Shown: positions 9,097 through 20,180 of the stretch, one piece after another
Layout: every line of letters starts with the position of its first letter
Position numbering within the stretch: the stretch's first letter is position 1
IMG/VR virus record: IMGVR_UViG_3300021197_000933
Location: 2,670-66,669 of that record
Strand: one strand, 5' to 3'
Length of the DNA stretch: 64,000 nucleotides
DNA from: a virus
Notes under the pieces: model-generated
The model's database searches: none
Told to the model about the DNA's origin: nothing
The model's input: only the letters and a program-made list of their open reading frames with translations
Translations under genes and position numbers: made by a program

Positions 9097-11711
9097 TACG
9101 GACTGTCCTCTTCGTCAGACCTACCAGAATCTGGGGCCTGTGTTGCATCTTTCCCCTTCTTCTTTTTCTTGTCTTCGGGGTTGGGGTTTGTAGACTTCTT
9201 CGATTCGTCAGACTTCTCTGTCTTGACTGTACTCGCCGCCTTAACCTCGCCCGCTGTGTTGAGATCAGTCTTACCGTTAGCGTTCTCCGGTGTAGGTGAC
9301 CGGGGCTCACCTTTCTTCTTTGCGGCTGCAGCTGCGGCGGCAGAGTTAGCGGGAGGTGCACTACGACCATAAGATGACGTACCTCCGGGGTCCGTGGCTA
9401 CATCCTGCACACCACCCTCTTCGAGACTGAACTCTCCGGGTAAGGGCGCTTTCGACCGATCCTTTACGGCAGCTGCTGCTTTAGCTGCTTGAGCTGGAGG
9501 CTTAGGCTCACCTGCGTCCGCTGCTTCTTGTGCAAGAAGCTCCCGCATGAACTTCGCGTCACCCTTCTGGACTCGGTAATCAGGAAGGCGATCACCCACA
9601 AAGGTATCAGTGACGCCCTTAGGGATGATCCGCTTTTCACCGCTTCCCTCGTAGTGGGTTTGCTCCCGTGCTTTCTTCGTCGCAACGGCAGATACGGGTA
9701 GAGCCCCGCTGGGACCTCTCTCAGTGTCTATTCCCTGACCTGGCTTAGGATCGGGGTAAGTACCCTTGTATCGCTCAGGAATCTCAGAGTCTCTGAACGT
9801 GATCCCCATTGATGTGTACGTTCGACCCTTAATCAACTCTCGCGGCTTGTCGGTAGTCTCGACACCCTGACTAGAAAGGAACTGCTTACGTCCTTGCTGG
9901 AGCAGCTTCTCAGTCTCTTCAGGGCTACCAGAGTACCCCAGGGCACCCACTGTAGACACGAGCTCGTCAGAGAATGGACGCGACTTTACCTTCATGTCGC
10001 TGTACATCAAGACGCTTTCTTCTTCTACCTTCTCGCCGTCATCGCGAGTAAACGACTTGTATTTAGTCGCCACTTGGGAGGGTAGATCCATCACCTTGCC
10101 GATAACAGCAGGGTCATCTACCTTAGTCAGAGCTTGAGTGTTGTGGTCGTAAGCAAAGACAACATCACCAAACCGGACATAAGCTTGCCGCTCTTTCTTA
10201 TCGATTACAAAGCGCCCGACTTCTACGTCAGCCTGAGCATTGGCCCTGTCGTATTCCGCCTTACTCATGTAGCCTTCATCTTGGTCGAGGCTACGAGTAG
10301 CGTACACACCCTCAGCTACTTCCTCTGAAGGTCGGGTTGCGGTAAGGTCACCCGTGGCTTCCAGCTGCTTAAAAGCATCCGCCATCTTGCGCCGACGTAC
10401 AGGTGACCCCAAGGCAGCACGCCCACCAGGTAGCTTCATCACGACGTCGACAATGCCGATCTGATCCTTGTCAAATACCTTAGTGCCGCCACTGAGCGGC
10501 AAGATACGAATCTGACCTTCTCGATCGCTGGCGTGTACGGGTTGACGGAAGCCACGGCCAATGATGTTGCCGTCCTTGTCACTGATCTGAACGATCTCAT
10601 CCGTAGTCTGATTGAGCATCAGTCCGTAGTCGCCCGGCTGCTTAGCTGACTCAGAGAACCACTGCCCAACTGCCTTCTCGTCATTCGGGCCAGGCATGTA
10701 CTTCCCGGCTTCCGTTTTGTAGCCAACCGCAATGCCGCGATCATCAGCCCACCGCTGGAACTTCTCCGTCTTTACAAGTGACTTCCAGTTCTTCGACTCT
10801 CCGCCCAGCTCGCCCATCAGCCGCGTTACTTCACCTTCAACCTTCTGGATAAGGGAATCCCTCTCCATCAGGTCCTGTTCTGCTTCCGCCACCTCAATGG
10901 GGTCGATCTCAGCCTTCGCACCTAAGTCGACATTGACTGACTTAAATTTCTCTCGAGCATCAGCAAATACGTTGTCAGCCTCTTCTTGGTTTCCCTGCGC
11001 GAGACTCTTTTCAGCCTTAGCTAACAGCCCCTTTACCTGATCAAACCCATCCAAGGCAGTGGTCATCGACTCCTTGCCCTTCTGGTACTTCTCAATCATA
11101 CCGCCAGGGCCGATTAACCTGGTTCTCGTGTTGGTCTGAATCCGGTTTCCGAGCTCCGTTAGTATGGCCTCGCCGTTTTCGTCGTACTGAACATTACCCT
11201 GCTTGTCTACTTGGACGACGGGCAGCGCCCTGTTCATTTCACTAAATGTCGAGACAAACCGTGGCGAGTCCATGCTTATGGGTATCGCACTGTTAGCGAT
11301 AGATCCGGCTACCGTTCCCCACGCTATAGCGGGGGGACGGTTGATAGCCGCGGCCCTAAACGCACCGATTATTTTAGGGTAAGCGTTCGTAGTGTCTGCA
11401 TGGTAGTCAGTCCAGCTCTTTAGAGCCGTCTCCGTGAGACTGTACATCCCCTTGAGATTTTCCTTCTCAAGACCACCTTCAATCTTATCCGCTTCAGTCT
11501 GGAACTTCATCAGAGCCGCTACTCGGCGCTGATTAGCGTTAATCGTTGCAATCTTCTGTTTAGCGTATGTCGACCGCTTAGACTTTCTCTCAGACTGAAG
11601 AAAGTCGGCGTAAACATTTATTAACTGACGAGTCTCGCTCTTTTTATCTGTAGGTAGGCTTTCTGTAGCTGCACTGTACGCCTGAAACTCGCCCCATGAA
11701 TTACGTGCCAT
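9096..11711 (-). CDS. Putative internal virion/ejection protein (~870 aa)
   Basis: Long helical ORF, likely start MARNSWG at 11711; podovirus ejection-protein position. Confidence 0.6.
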   Translation of the reverse strand: MARNSWGEFQAYSAATESLPTDKKSETRQLINVYADFLQSERKSKRSTYAKQKIATINANQRRVAALMKFQTEADKIEGGLEKENLKGMYSLTETALKSWTDYHADTTNAYPKIIGAFRAAAINRPPAIAWGTVAGSIANSAIPISMDSPRFVSTFSEMNRALPVVQVDKQGNVQYDENGEAILTELGNRIQTNTRTRLIGPGGMIEKYQKGKESMTTALDGFDQVKGLLAKAEKSLAQGNQEEADNVFADAREKFKSVNVDLGAKAEIDPIEVAEAEQDLMERDSLIQKVEGEVTRLMGELGGESKNWKSLVKTEKFQRWADDRGIAVGYKTEAGKYMPGPNDEKAVGQWFSESAKQPGDYGLMLNQTTDEIVQISDKDGNIIGRGFRQPVHASDREGQIRILPLSGGTKVFDKDQIGIVDVVMKLPGGRAALGSPVRRRKMADAFKQLEATGDLTATRPSEEVAEGVYATRSLDQDEGYMSKAEYDRANAQADVEVGRFVIDKKERQAYVRFGDVVFAYDHNTQALTKVDDPAVIGKVMDLPSQVATKYKSFTRDDGEKVEEESVLMYSDMKVKSRPFSDELVSTVGALGYSGSPEETEKLLQQGRKQFLSSQGVETTDKPRELIKGRTYTSMGITFRDSEIPERYKGTYPDPKPGQGIDTERGPSGALPVSAVATKKAREQTHYEGSGEKRIIPKGVTDTFVGDRLPDYRVQKGDAKFMRELLAQEAADAGEPKPPAQAAKAAAAVKDRSKAPLPGEFSLEEGGVQDVATDPGGTSSYGRSAPPANSAAAAAAAKKKGEPRSPTPENANGKTDLNTAGEVKAASTVKTEKSDESKKSTNPNPEDKKKKKGKDATQAPDSGRSDEEDSP

Positions 11712-11718
11712 CTTATTT

Positions 11719-12321
11719 CTACCCCTTCTTCGGTTCTTCATCAGTAGCGTCAGCTACGTCTTCTGCTTTCTGCTTCGCGGCCATGTCTTTCTGAGCCTTA
11801 AACTTAGCGGCTGCGCCGAAGAGTTCTCCGGCTGCGGCTCCGTACGCGTCTGTCTTAGTCACTGTAGGAGCTACCGGGTCTGCCTGCTCTACAAGCCCTT
11901 GACCCTGCATGAAGCTGAGCTTCTGCCGATCAATGTTCGCCCCTGATATAGCATCTTCTACACCCTGAAGACCCTTGTTCCTCTGACCCGAAAGTATCTT
12001 GAGTGCCGCGAGCTGAGAGCCTCCACGAGGACCACCAGCCATACCTCTACGTACGTCTGCTTCAAGCCCTCTAGTAGCTCCATAAGTGCTCTGCGCGGCT
12101 CCTGCCCGCATCCTTTCAGCCTCACCCTTAGAGATGCCCTCTGGATTAAGCATCTTACCGAAGCCAGTATCTTGGATACCCTTCTGCTCTTTGTACAGCT
12201 TCTTCTGCTGCTTCGCCGTATCGAGATTCTTCTTTAGAGTAAAGGCCCCCTTCGTGATGCGGCCAACCGCTTCGAGGGGGTTACCCCCACTGCCTCCCTT
12301 CAGAAAGTCAAACATGCCCAT
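11719..12321 (-). CDS. Putative small ejection (pilot-like) protein
   Basis: Gly/Ala/Gln-rich ~200 aa; GGAGGA SD before ATG 12321; first gene after the tail block. Confidence 0.55.
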   Translation of the reverse strand: MGMFDFLKGGSGGNPLEAVGRITKGAFTLKKNLDTAKQQKKLYKEQKGIQDTGFGKMLNPEGISKGEAERMRAGAAQSTYGATRGLEADVRRGMAGGPRGGSQLAALKILSGQRNKGLQGVEDAISGANIDRQKLSFMQGQGLVEQADPVAPTVTKTDAYGAAAGELFGAAAKFKAQKDMAAKQKAEDVADATDEEPKKG

Positions 12322-12349
12322 GGGGTTATCCTCCGTCGATCTCAATCAT

Positions 12350-13228
12350 CTATAGAAACGTGACTACACGCGCACCGCGTACCCCAAAGTCAGCCTTCGC
12401 GTTTAACATCATATGATGTTTACGTAGAGACTTCGAGTACTTTAAGTAAGCGTATCGTGCTTGATGCTCGTAGGGGTTAGACCGAGTCAGAAACACCTTC
12501 AGTGCCAGCTCGTGCCACCCTCTTTTAATGCCGTGTGTAGCGCTCGTGTACGACAAACCTGGTGTCAGCATCAAGTGATGATGCCTCTGCACAGCTGAGT
12601 GAGCTTCAGTCTGAACCCAGCGACGATAAGGTTTCTGGTACCGGTAGAACTTGTGAAAACCCCCATCTTCGGAGGGCTTACCCGCAAGATTACATGCAGG
12701 CCAAGAGCAGTTTGGAGGTGACTCTCTATAAGTGTTGTCGATGCTCACACCGTCGTAAAAAGCCTGCGTCACAACGTGAAGATTAGATGTAACGTCTTCG
12801 TCCCTAAAGATGTCTGTTTGCCCCTCAGCCACAAACCAAGCATTGTGAGACATAAAGAACGACCACTGCAAAAATCCCACAGTGACATCGTAAGGCTGGT
12901 ACCACCTAATACCGGCCCCGCCTACAGTCTTAAACTGCCGATCTTGGTTAGCGGGAGACGTCCACTGCTTCGAGTTTCCTCCAATCGCGTCACCATAAAA
13001 AGCAGTGGGCTCAAGGCAAGTCTCGCCTCGAGTTAGTACGGCTTGGTCGGGCATAATCATGTGCCGTTTAATCTGAAACTCAGACGACGTAGATGCACCA
13101 CTCAAACGATCAGTAGTGATCGCTCCAGCATTGACGCTGTTCTGTACTTTTAAGATGTTGCCATTGTGGTCACTCGCATCAAAAGGAGAGCCATCTACGT
13201 AGCTATAGTCGAGTATGACTGAAGACAT
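12350..13228 (-). CDS. Virion/tail-associated hypothetical protein
   Basis: 292-aa ORF in the tail operon. Confidence 0.6.
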   Translation of the reverse strand: MSSVILDYSYVDGSPFDASDHNGNILKVQNSVNAGAITTDRLSGASTSSEFQIKRHMIMPDQAVLTRGETCLEPTAFYGDAIGGNSKQWTSPANQDRQFKTVGGAGIRWYQPYDVTVGFLQWSFFMSHNAWFVAEGQTDIFRDEDVTSNLHVVTQAFYDGVSIDNTYRESPPNCSWPACNLAGKPSEDGGFHKFYRYQKPYRRWVQTEAHSAVQRHHHLMLTPGLSYTSATHGIKRGWHELALKVFLTRSNPYEHQARYAYLKYSKSLRKHHMMLNAKADFGVRGARVVTFL

Positions 13229-13233
13229 AAAGA

Positions 13234-15477
13234 CTAATCCTTCTTACGCTTAAGATTGAGCATCGACATACTGCATATACCAAACTCAAGCATAGGTGCC
13301 TGTATTGTGTACTCTCTGGGGAAACCAAAACGCATACCCGTCTCGAGCTCTTTTGGTTTCCCCCTACTCCAGAAGTAATCCTGCCACGTGTCAGACCCGC
13401 CATGTTCCGTACATGCAGTGCTTGTAGAAAACACGCCGATGTCGCCTATCTCCCATGAGGGGCTACTATCACCTGTAGTGGTGCTGGGGGGCGCAAACAT
13501 AGTGCTGCCATCAAGAACAAACATCAGACTGGCATGAATACCGTCGTTCCATTTCTTCGCACCGTCGTAGAGATTCCTTCTATCTTTACCGCCTTTCTGG
13601 GCTTCTTCATAGCCTGCATCAAAGTCTTCAGCCTCCAGCTCGTCTGGTAAGACGAGACTGAGGTTGTAGTTGAGATTACGACCCTGCCAATTGTGCCCAT
13701 TAAAATGAACGCGTGACGCTCGATCGAATCGCCATGTCTTATCTTTAGAGGTGTCGTTAATCTTCGTGTTGTACTCTCGATGACCGATGCACAGATTAGC
13801 TATCGAATCTAACAAGCGTTCTTTCATGGGTACGTTGCCGCGAGGTACGATCCTCGTAATATCAACGTCGGCAAACACGAGCAACAAGCTGGAAGATGTC
13901 ATTTCTGGACTGGAGTTAGACACCATCATCAAGTCCCCCTTCAGAGACTGAAGCATCCTCCAACCTACGTTATTCGCCAGAGTCGGTGAGTCAGAAGAGT
14001 TGATCCCGCCTAAGTCCATACCATGAAGAGTCTCGTAAGTGTCCCAGCCCCAATAGTTGTCGTTCTGACCGGATCCACCAGGAAGAACTGTAAACGACGG
14101 TCGGTCTGCAGTTACAGTCTTACGTGCGTATGCTTGAACAATACTTGTTAAGTGCTCTTGTCGTATCGAGTTGGGTTTAATAGCGACCGCAGGTATGTCG
14201 TTACAGAATGCCTCTAAAGTTTGAGTCGGTAAGTTCATGCTAAGAGGATCTTCCGTCGAGAACGGCTCCAATGATCTTGCACTTAAAGACTGCTGAGAAG
14301 ACTGGTCACGAGGAATCTCAACCACAGAAAGCTGTCGGTTAAAGACAGCAACAACGTCATTCGGAAGATCAAGGTCAGATTCAGCCGCGTTCAGTCTACG
14401 GGCAACTATCTCAATCTTATGAGAACCAGAGCCAGCGCGAACAACAGTGCTAAGGCGAGTACCAAAGATCTCAGGGCCTATGCCAGCTGCACGAACATCA
14501 GGTTGGCGTGTGCCCGGCATCTTCTGATTTATACTGCCGCCACTTGGCGTCGAGTAACCCGCATCGTAGTCGTCGGTGTGCACTGCATCGTCGTCCATTA
14601 GACGGGTGGTTATGTGCCTTGCGCCCAGAGGTGTTCGCGAGTGTGTGTTTCGCTTCCCAGTGATGGTGTCTTCCATTATCTGACCATCCACTCGAAGCGC
14701 AAACTGGATGTCAGCTGGGCTCCATCCCATCGATACGTGGTGATGCCCTGCTCTGTTAGGGTTTTGTATCTCCATCGCAACTGGGGGTACAAACCTTACG
14801 TTGTTATCGCGGTGCGCATACAGACCCAGTGCTTCAGGATCGAGAGCCGGGTTCTCTCCGAGACCTAGTGATGCAGGCATCATCGCGGGATCGATGAACT
14901 CGTCGACCGTAACTCCAAACCCGTTTCTAAAGTACTGAACAAACGCGTTGATCCAGAGGTCTACCTCTCCTACCGAAGACGTCTCGACGTATCCGTCAAC
15001 CTGAACAGTTGTAGGTCGAGCCGCCCCCGTTATTGGATCAGATGGCAGCTGCTTCTTTACACCGTCACCTAAAGGGACCCATCCCCCGCCCTTACCGATG
15101 ATTCTCACATTCTCCTGGCAGTAGTCTACAACCTTAAGGGTTTCGTCCTTAAGGGAGTAGGCGGCGTCCAAACTCTCTGAAGTAGCGTCTCCGTCTCCGT
15201 CACCCACAACTTTGTTTAAGAAGTTAGGCTGAATCGAAGCAGCAGCTTCATCCGGTGAATGGTTTAAGTAAGGGTGCGATATGATCTCTACGTAGTGATG
15301 CGTGACGTGTGCATCCTCATGAGTCTTTGCGTTCGCTACGAAGTCAGCCGCATTTAAGTTGTGCGCGTCAATGTTGCCTGCAAACAAGTCAGTGTAAGGC
15401 TGAAAGTCTTGGTTCATCTCTACGGGATCTAAGACATCACCTGTACGCAGGAATCGTTTACGGAAGACTGAAGGCAT
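13234..15477 (-). CDS. Tail-associated hypothetical protein
   Basis: 747-aa beta-rich ORF after the nozzle gene; N-terminus GDVLDPVEMNQDF resembles fibre/spike attachment segments. Confidence 0.55.
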   Translation of the reverse strand: MPSVFRKRFLRTGDVLDPVEMNQDFQPYTDLFAGNIDAHNLNAADFVANAKTHEDAHVTHHYVEIISHPYLNHSPDEAAASIQPNFLNKVVGDGDGDATSESLDAAYSLKDETLKVVDYCQENVRIIGKGGGWVPLGDGVKKQLPSDPITGAARPTTVQVDGYVETSSVGEVDLWINAFVQYFRNGFGVTVDEFIDPAMMPASLGLGENPALDPEALGLYAHRDNNVRFVPPVAMEIQNPNRAGHHHVSMGWSPADIQFALRVDGQIMEDTITGKRNTHSRTPLGARHITTRLMDDDAVHTDDYDAGYSTPSGGSINQKMPGTRQPDVRAAGIGPEIFGTRLSTVVRAGSGSHKIEIVARRLNAAESDLDLPNDVVAVFNRQLSVVEIPRDQSSQQSLSARSLEPFSTEDPLSMNLPTQTLEAFCNDIPAVAIKPNSIRQEHLTSIVQAYARKTVTADRPSFTVLPGGSGQNDNYWGWDTYETLHGMDLGGINSSDSPTLANNVGWRMLQSLKGDLMMVSNSSPEMTSSSLLLVFADVDITRIVPRGNVPMKERLLDSIANLCIGHREYNTKINDTSKDKTWRFDRASRVHFNGHNWQGRNLNYNLSLVLPDELEAEDFDAGYEEAQKGGKDRRNLYDGAKKWNDGIHASLMFVLDGSTMFAPPSTTTGDSSPSWEIGDIGVFSTSTACTEHGGSDTWQDYFWSRGKPKELETGMRFGFPREYTIQAPMLEFGICSMSMLNLKRKKD

Positions 15478-15483
15478 AAGGTA

Positions 15484-17739
15484 CTACTTATCTGCTCGGA
15501 AGGGGATGCGACCTCGAGGGCTACCAGAAGAAGCCACACTGGTCTCAAAGGCGAAAGAAACTATCTCTAAGCGAGGTACGTTGTCAGTTTCGTCGTACGT
15601 GGGCGTCTGCTCCACTTCAATCTCAAAGCACCAAGTACTGACGTTCTCAAGCCCTGCGGGCACCTGGCGCCAGAATAGACGCGGAGTATGGAACTGAGAA
15701 GACTCATTCAGAGCTGACCCGACTACGTCCTTTACGATGTCAGACTCGTCGTCCACACCGACTAACCGTAGGTCATTCATTTCGTGGATTACTTTCTCGG
15801 AGCCGTTCTTAAAGAAACGAATCGTGGCTACCCCTTCCCACGCGTCCACCATACCAATGAATAGCGAGCGGACATGAACCGGGGTCAGTCCTGCCTCGTC
15901 TGCCCTAAACCATGTAGATCGGTAGGTTACTGTGCGGGGCGGTGGCGTATACAGCGGGTCGCCCGTTTCTCGATCGAGCACTAACAGCTGGGTCAGTGGC
16001 TCATCAAACATGGCACCAAAAGCAGCTGACGTCTTTGATAGGTTTTCCTCGTTGATGCGACCGTAGCCCAAGCCCACAGGGTCACGCGTACCAGGATTGC
16101 CGATAGCCCCGTTAGCCGAAGCATGAGCTGTGTAGTCTAAGCACAACGCCAGTAGGTGTTGACTGAAGTCGTCAGTCCTGCACATGTCGGCGATGTGCAG
16201 ATTGAGCTCTTGGCGCCTCCAGTACTGGCCATCAAAACACAGCATCAGCGTGTTTAACGGTGACCCTGCTCGTGCCAGTGCGCAACGATACTCGTTTGTA
16301 CGTGCATCTACTTCAGCCGTCGCTAATGCAAGCCGTCCCCGATTGATGTCGTTTCTCATCAACCGATCAATAGGCTGGCTAACTCGAGCAATCTGACCGT
16401 CAGGCCCCATACCGTAGAACCCGTCACGTCCGAGCCACACTAAGAGACCGCTGGGTAGCGCTTTGATACTGTTAGGAGCCACGCACCCGATACCCTGGGA
16501 CAAAGGCCGAGGCATACCAAAGTCTTCCAGCGAGTAGACGCTGCTCTCAGTAAACGCAAGGAGCACTCCCGCATGGGAAGCGATACCCGTCACCTCGCTT
16601 CCACCACTATCGGGGAAGATAAAGTCTAACTTATTAAACGTACCGGGGAACCCTACTTGAGATCGACGCACGATACCGGGGTCACCGTCAGTGTTTGCAA
16701 TCACCAATCGCCCCTGGTGCGTACACATCAGCTTGAACACTGGTACCCGTATGGTCTCTTCCCACATAGGACCTAAACCAGAGTCCGGTGTGTTATCCGC
16801 AAACTCGGCGTCACCTCGGCCAGGTAAGCGAACAAGCAGCTGGGGGTCGACACCTACACTACGTGTGTCAGGCGTCCTGTATAAGCGAACAGCTACACAG
16901 TGGTCGGGAGCCTCACTGTAGAGCGATACGTGGAACTGACGCATAAGATTACTGAGCTCGACGCCGGTCTCTCTTGAAGAACCCCCTGGGCGGAACGGAT
17001 CTGCGTTAGCCGCACTGGTTTGCACAGGGTTACTGGGCACAGAGAACTCAGAGAGATCTCCGTGTATGTCTTCGTACTGCACGTAGTAGTACCAAATACC
17101 TGCTCGAACAGCGCCGGTCTCTCCATCAAGGGAGTCTGCGGCTGTTCCGATGTTACCCTGCCATGAGTATCCATACGTGTTGGGGTAGCTCGTCGCTGAC
17201 TGAGAGTACCCTGCAGGTGACGGACCAAATGCTGAAGGCGCTGACGGCTGACGGTCAAACCCCAGAGGGGTAACCATGCCATCATACGTGAACACTCGAG
17301 CTCTATCCGTACCGTTAGCCCAGATTACTTTGTCGTTGATAACCACCCACTGATCCGGGAACCGTGGGTTTGGGTTGTCTGATAAGTTGAAGACATATGA
17401 CCGCCACTGCGCGCCTGACCAATAGGGGTAGCTAAACGAGCTCTCCCCGTGCCATCCCTCGTAGCGAAAGATGCGGGTGCCCGTACGCGCATAAATGCAG
17501 GGTGCGGCCCCACTCATCAACGATGCGTGAAACACAGAGTAGGGGTTGAACTGGTTGAACTTACCCGACTGGACCCCACGCGCATATGCACAGGGGCCGA
17601 CCAGCGACTTCAGCGTACCCTCAGGAGTAAGCTCAAGGTTCTGTACTTTTTGCGCCAACGAGCTGGGAGAATACTGCCGAAGCGATTCTCCTGGAGGGAT
17701 GACAAAAAAGTCTAGTTCTTGCTGGGTCGGCCCCGACAT
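15484..17739 (-). CDS. Tail nozzle / tail tubular protein B-like (P22 gp10 / T7 gp12 class)
   Basis: 751 aa with beta-propeller-like motifs (HQGRLVIA, IGCVAPNSI, LVWLGRDGFY, RVSQPI); synteny. Confidence 0.75.
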   Translation of the reverse strand: MSGPTQQELDFFVIPPGESLRQYSPSSLAQKVQNLELTPEGTLKSLVGPCAYARGVQSGKFNQFNPYSVFHASLMSGAAPCIYARTGTRIFRYEGWHGESSFSYPYWSGAQWRSYVFNLSDNPNPRFPDQWVVINDKVIWANGTDRARVFTYDGMVTPLGFDRQPSAPSAFGPSPAGYSQSATSYPNTYGYSWQGNIGTAADSLDGETGAVRAGIWYYYVQYEDIHGDLSEFSVPSNPVQTSAANADPFRPGGSSRETGVELSNLMRQFHVSLYSEAPDHCVAVRLYRTPDTRSVGVDPQLLVRLPGRGDAEFADNTPDSGLGPMWEETIRVPVFKLMCTHQGRLVIANTDGDPGIVRRSQVGFPGTFNKLDFIFPDSGGSEVTGIASHAGVLLAFTESSVYSLEDFGMPRPLSQGIGCVAPNSIKALPSGLLVWLGRDGFYGMGPDGQIARVSQPIDRLMRNDINRGRLALATAEVDARTNEYRCALARAGSPLNTLMLCFDGQYWRRQELNLHIADMCRTDDFSQHLLALCLDYTAHASANGAIGNPGTRDPVGLGYGRINEENLSKTSAAFGAMFDEPLTQLLVLDRETGDPLYTPPPRTVTYRSTWFRADEAGLTPVHVRSLFIGMVDAWEGVATIRFFKNGSEKVIHEMNDLRLVGVDDESDIVKDVVGSALNESSQFHTPRLFWRQVPAGLENVSTWCFEIEVEQTPTYDETDNVPRLEIVSFAFETSVASSGSPRGRIPFRADK

Positions 17740-17758
17740 ATTCGCACCTCAGACACTG

Positions 17759-18265
17759 TTATAGCTGGATGCCTTGATCAAACGACTTGTCCTTCCACAC
17801 TTGAGAAAGCACGGCCTGAACATCAGACAGCGCCTTCAAACGCACGTCTGACTTAAGAACTCGTGACCGCCAAGAAAAGTACTTCTCGTTCTCCCAAGGC
17901 TCAGGCACCTCGACGATAACGTCGGGGTTGGTGTCCTCAGGCGCTGTGGCTATCTCCACATCGACTTCTTCAGGTAGGGTAGGTCCGTACCAAGATGTAG
18001 TCTCCGGGTGGAAGATCCACTCCTTCGGCATCCAATCTGACTTGCCTCTAGCTTCAGTGTCACCTGATATGAACTCAATACCGTTCTTCGCGATAACAGT
18101 GGCGGACCAGCTCTTTGTGCTGTCTCTTTCAGCACAAGTAACGCTCAGTACGACTGCTTCTTCGTAACGGCCATTCAAGCTAATCCGAGACATATGAGAT
18201 CCAAGCTCAGGTCGGGGAAGTGCCAGTGGCGACTTGTATTGGGTTAGGTTCTTTAGCTTCTTCAC
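17759..18265 (-). CDS. Hypothetical protein
   Basis: 168-aa ORF, GTG start with GAGG SD. Confidence 0.7.
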   Translation of the reverse strand: MKKLKNLTQYKSPLALPRPELGSHMSRISLNGRYEEAVVLSVTCAERDSTKSWSATVIAKNGIEFISGDTEARGKSDWMPKEWIFHPETTSWYGPTLPEEVDVEIATAPEDTNPDVIVEVPEPWENEKYFSWRSRVLKSDVRLKALSDVQAVLSQVWKDKSFDQGIQL

Positions 18266-18286
18266 GGTAACCTCTTAGGTGGGTGT

Positions 18287-20110
18287 TTATTCGCTGGTCG
18301 AGCCAAATGTCCCGTAGCGATGCCGTGCAGAGTATCCGAACATAGGTACGGGCTCCACAACTCGGCCAGGATTAGCGTATCTCTCTCGATACCTCCGGGC
18401 GAGCTCAGTATACCTATCTAAGTGAAGCTGCGCTCCTTGTTGGTCAACTCCGTCGATCAAACAAAGGTAGTAAAGAGACAACTCAATCAATGCAGGTACT
18501 GCGTCTCTCTGAATCGGAGCAGTGTCTTGGTTGTCGATATACTTGCGCGGAAGTCGTAGTACACGAAAGTCCAGCTCGTAACGAGCATCTTGATGAGGGT
18601 AGACCTTGTAAGCGTAGTACCCAGTCGAGTGACGAAGGGGACGATGGTAGTCATACAGCTGGTCACCATTCCAAACGATGCGAGCGCCCGTCTTCTGAGT
18701 CGACCTTCGGTGGTCAGTTGTACCAAACGGTGACAGTGTCAGTTGGTCAAACGTAGGCTCGACCTCGCACAAAAAGTAATAGCGAGGTGTCGTCTCAGTA
18801 TCATAAGACGGAGAGTCATTGTTACTATCCAACTGAGCGATGTAGTACCGAATGCGGTAACCGCTTCGACCATCTCTGAGGGATGGCGTTGTGAACTTGT
18901 CAGGATGGTCGGGTACCTTACCTGCGAACCCTAACTGAGCCCCAATGTTAGTCGCGGCGAGTACCAGAGCTCGTCGACTAACAGAACCTGGAGGGAGTGG
19001 AGTTCCGCCGCCTTCATCAGGATACTTTGTTTGCCGCGCCAGAGTATCGACCGTGTTCTTAATCGTGGTGATAGGCGAAGGTGCACTTTCCCAGAGAGGG
19101 TCGTTTATACCCGATCGCGCGTTAACGCCCGTCGATAGCGTCCCGCCATACGACTCAAATGCCCAGTTAAGCTTATGAGTGCTGTCGTTAACGACTTCAG
19201 TCGCATCGGGCTGGACCAGCGGGGATTGCTGCCACTCCTTGTCTCTGCGACCCATTACGTAGGTGTAGCAAACACCCCATTCACCTGTAGAGTAAGCCGT
19301 CTCCGGCGTTGAGTGCCCCCATAACTGAGACTCGCTGGCAGCTTGATCAGCGTCGTCGTCAAACACACCCATCAGATGCTCTGTAGGAACAACAAGCTCT
19401 TTGACCTCAGGCGCCTCTGTCGGAGCGGGTAACTGGAAGTGACGACCTCTCCATAAACGATAAGGGCGACCCGTGCTGGTCCCTCTATGGTCAATCATAT
19501 CTTGTCGATACGCACCCGCAGTATCGACAGCCCACACCTGCTGACGCGTAGAATCAAACACCTTCGCCGGCTCAAGTACCTGCATGACATCGTCACGTAG
19601 GAAGAACTCCGGCTGATGAAGCCTGAAGTCCATACGATTGCTCGTGGAGATAGTACCTGAAGGATCCGTCCAGGGTCGGTCTATTGTCGCGTAGTACTTA
19701 GTTACACCGCTGTCTGTAATCTTAAAGAACTCGAGGCATTGACGGCGATGTACCACAGATGTCGAGTCGGTAAACTCGATGTGCATAAGGCCATCCCACG
19801 TACCATCAATCGTGGGTAACCAGCTCGTGACACTACTTGAGCCCAACGCTGTGCCTGAAGTGTCGAAGAACTGAAGCACTCGTAGGTCAGTCGTACCCAG
19901 TACCGTAGCTTTCTCGGTAGTCCCCTTGACGTCAGGTAGCAGAGCAATGTGCGCCTCGTCAGGAATCAGAGCTTGGGGCACGTCTCCCGCGAGTCTATCC
20001 AGCGAGGTATTAAGTGCCTCACGAATACGGTCGTCAAGAGTTTTACCGCTGCTGTCCCACGAGCGGAAGTTAAGCAGCCGTTGGCGAAGCGCGCCGAGAG
20101 ATACGTCCAC
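18287..20110 (-). CDS. Head-tail adaptor (tail tubular protein A-like) with large internal insertion
   Basis: Adaptor-like helical N-terminus (LGALRQRL..IREALN) and C-terminus (VYPHQDARYELDF..LIELSLYYL); follows the capsid genes. Confidence 0.6.
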   Translation of the reverse strand: MDVSLGALRQRLLNFRSWDSSGKTLDDRIREALNTSLDRLAGDVPQALIPDEAHIALLPDVKGTTEKATVLGTTDLRVLQFFDTSGTALGSSSVTSWLPTIDGTWDGLMHIEFTDSTSVVHRRQCLEFFKITDSGVTKYYATIDRPWTDPSGTISTSNRMDFRLHQPEFFLRDDVMQVLEPAKVFDSTRQQVWAVDTAGAYRQDMIDHRGTSTGRPYRLWRGRHFQLPAPTEAPEVKELVVPTEHLMGVFDDDADQAASESQLWGHSTPETAYSTGEWGVCYTYVMGRRDKEWQQSPLVQPDATEVVNDSTHKLNWAFESYGGTLSTGVNARSGINDPLWESAPSPITTIKNTVDTLARQTKYPDEGGGTPLPPGSVSRRALVLAATNIGAQLGFAGKVPDHPDKFTTPSLRDGRSGYRIRYYIAQLDSNNDSPSYDTETTPRYYFLCEVEPTFDQLTLSPFGTTDHRRSTQKTGARIVWNGDQLYDYHRPLRHSTGYYAYKVYPHQDARYELDFRVLRLPRKYIDNQDTAPIQRDAVPALIELSLYYLCLIDGVDQQGAQLHLDRYTELARRYRERYANPGRVVEPVPMFGYSARHRYGTFGSTSE

Positions 20111-20128
20111 AGGACCTCCTAAATACGA

Positions 20129-20158
20129 GAGGGGCGTAACCCGAAAGCTACGCCCCTC
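20129..20158 (-). terminator. Hairpin terminator after capsid/cement genes
   Basis: GAGGGGCGTA / TACGCCCCTC 10-bp stem with a weak U-tail on the minus strand. Confidence 0.7.
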
Positions 20159-20180
20159 AAGTGTATCACGATGCTACTTC

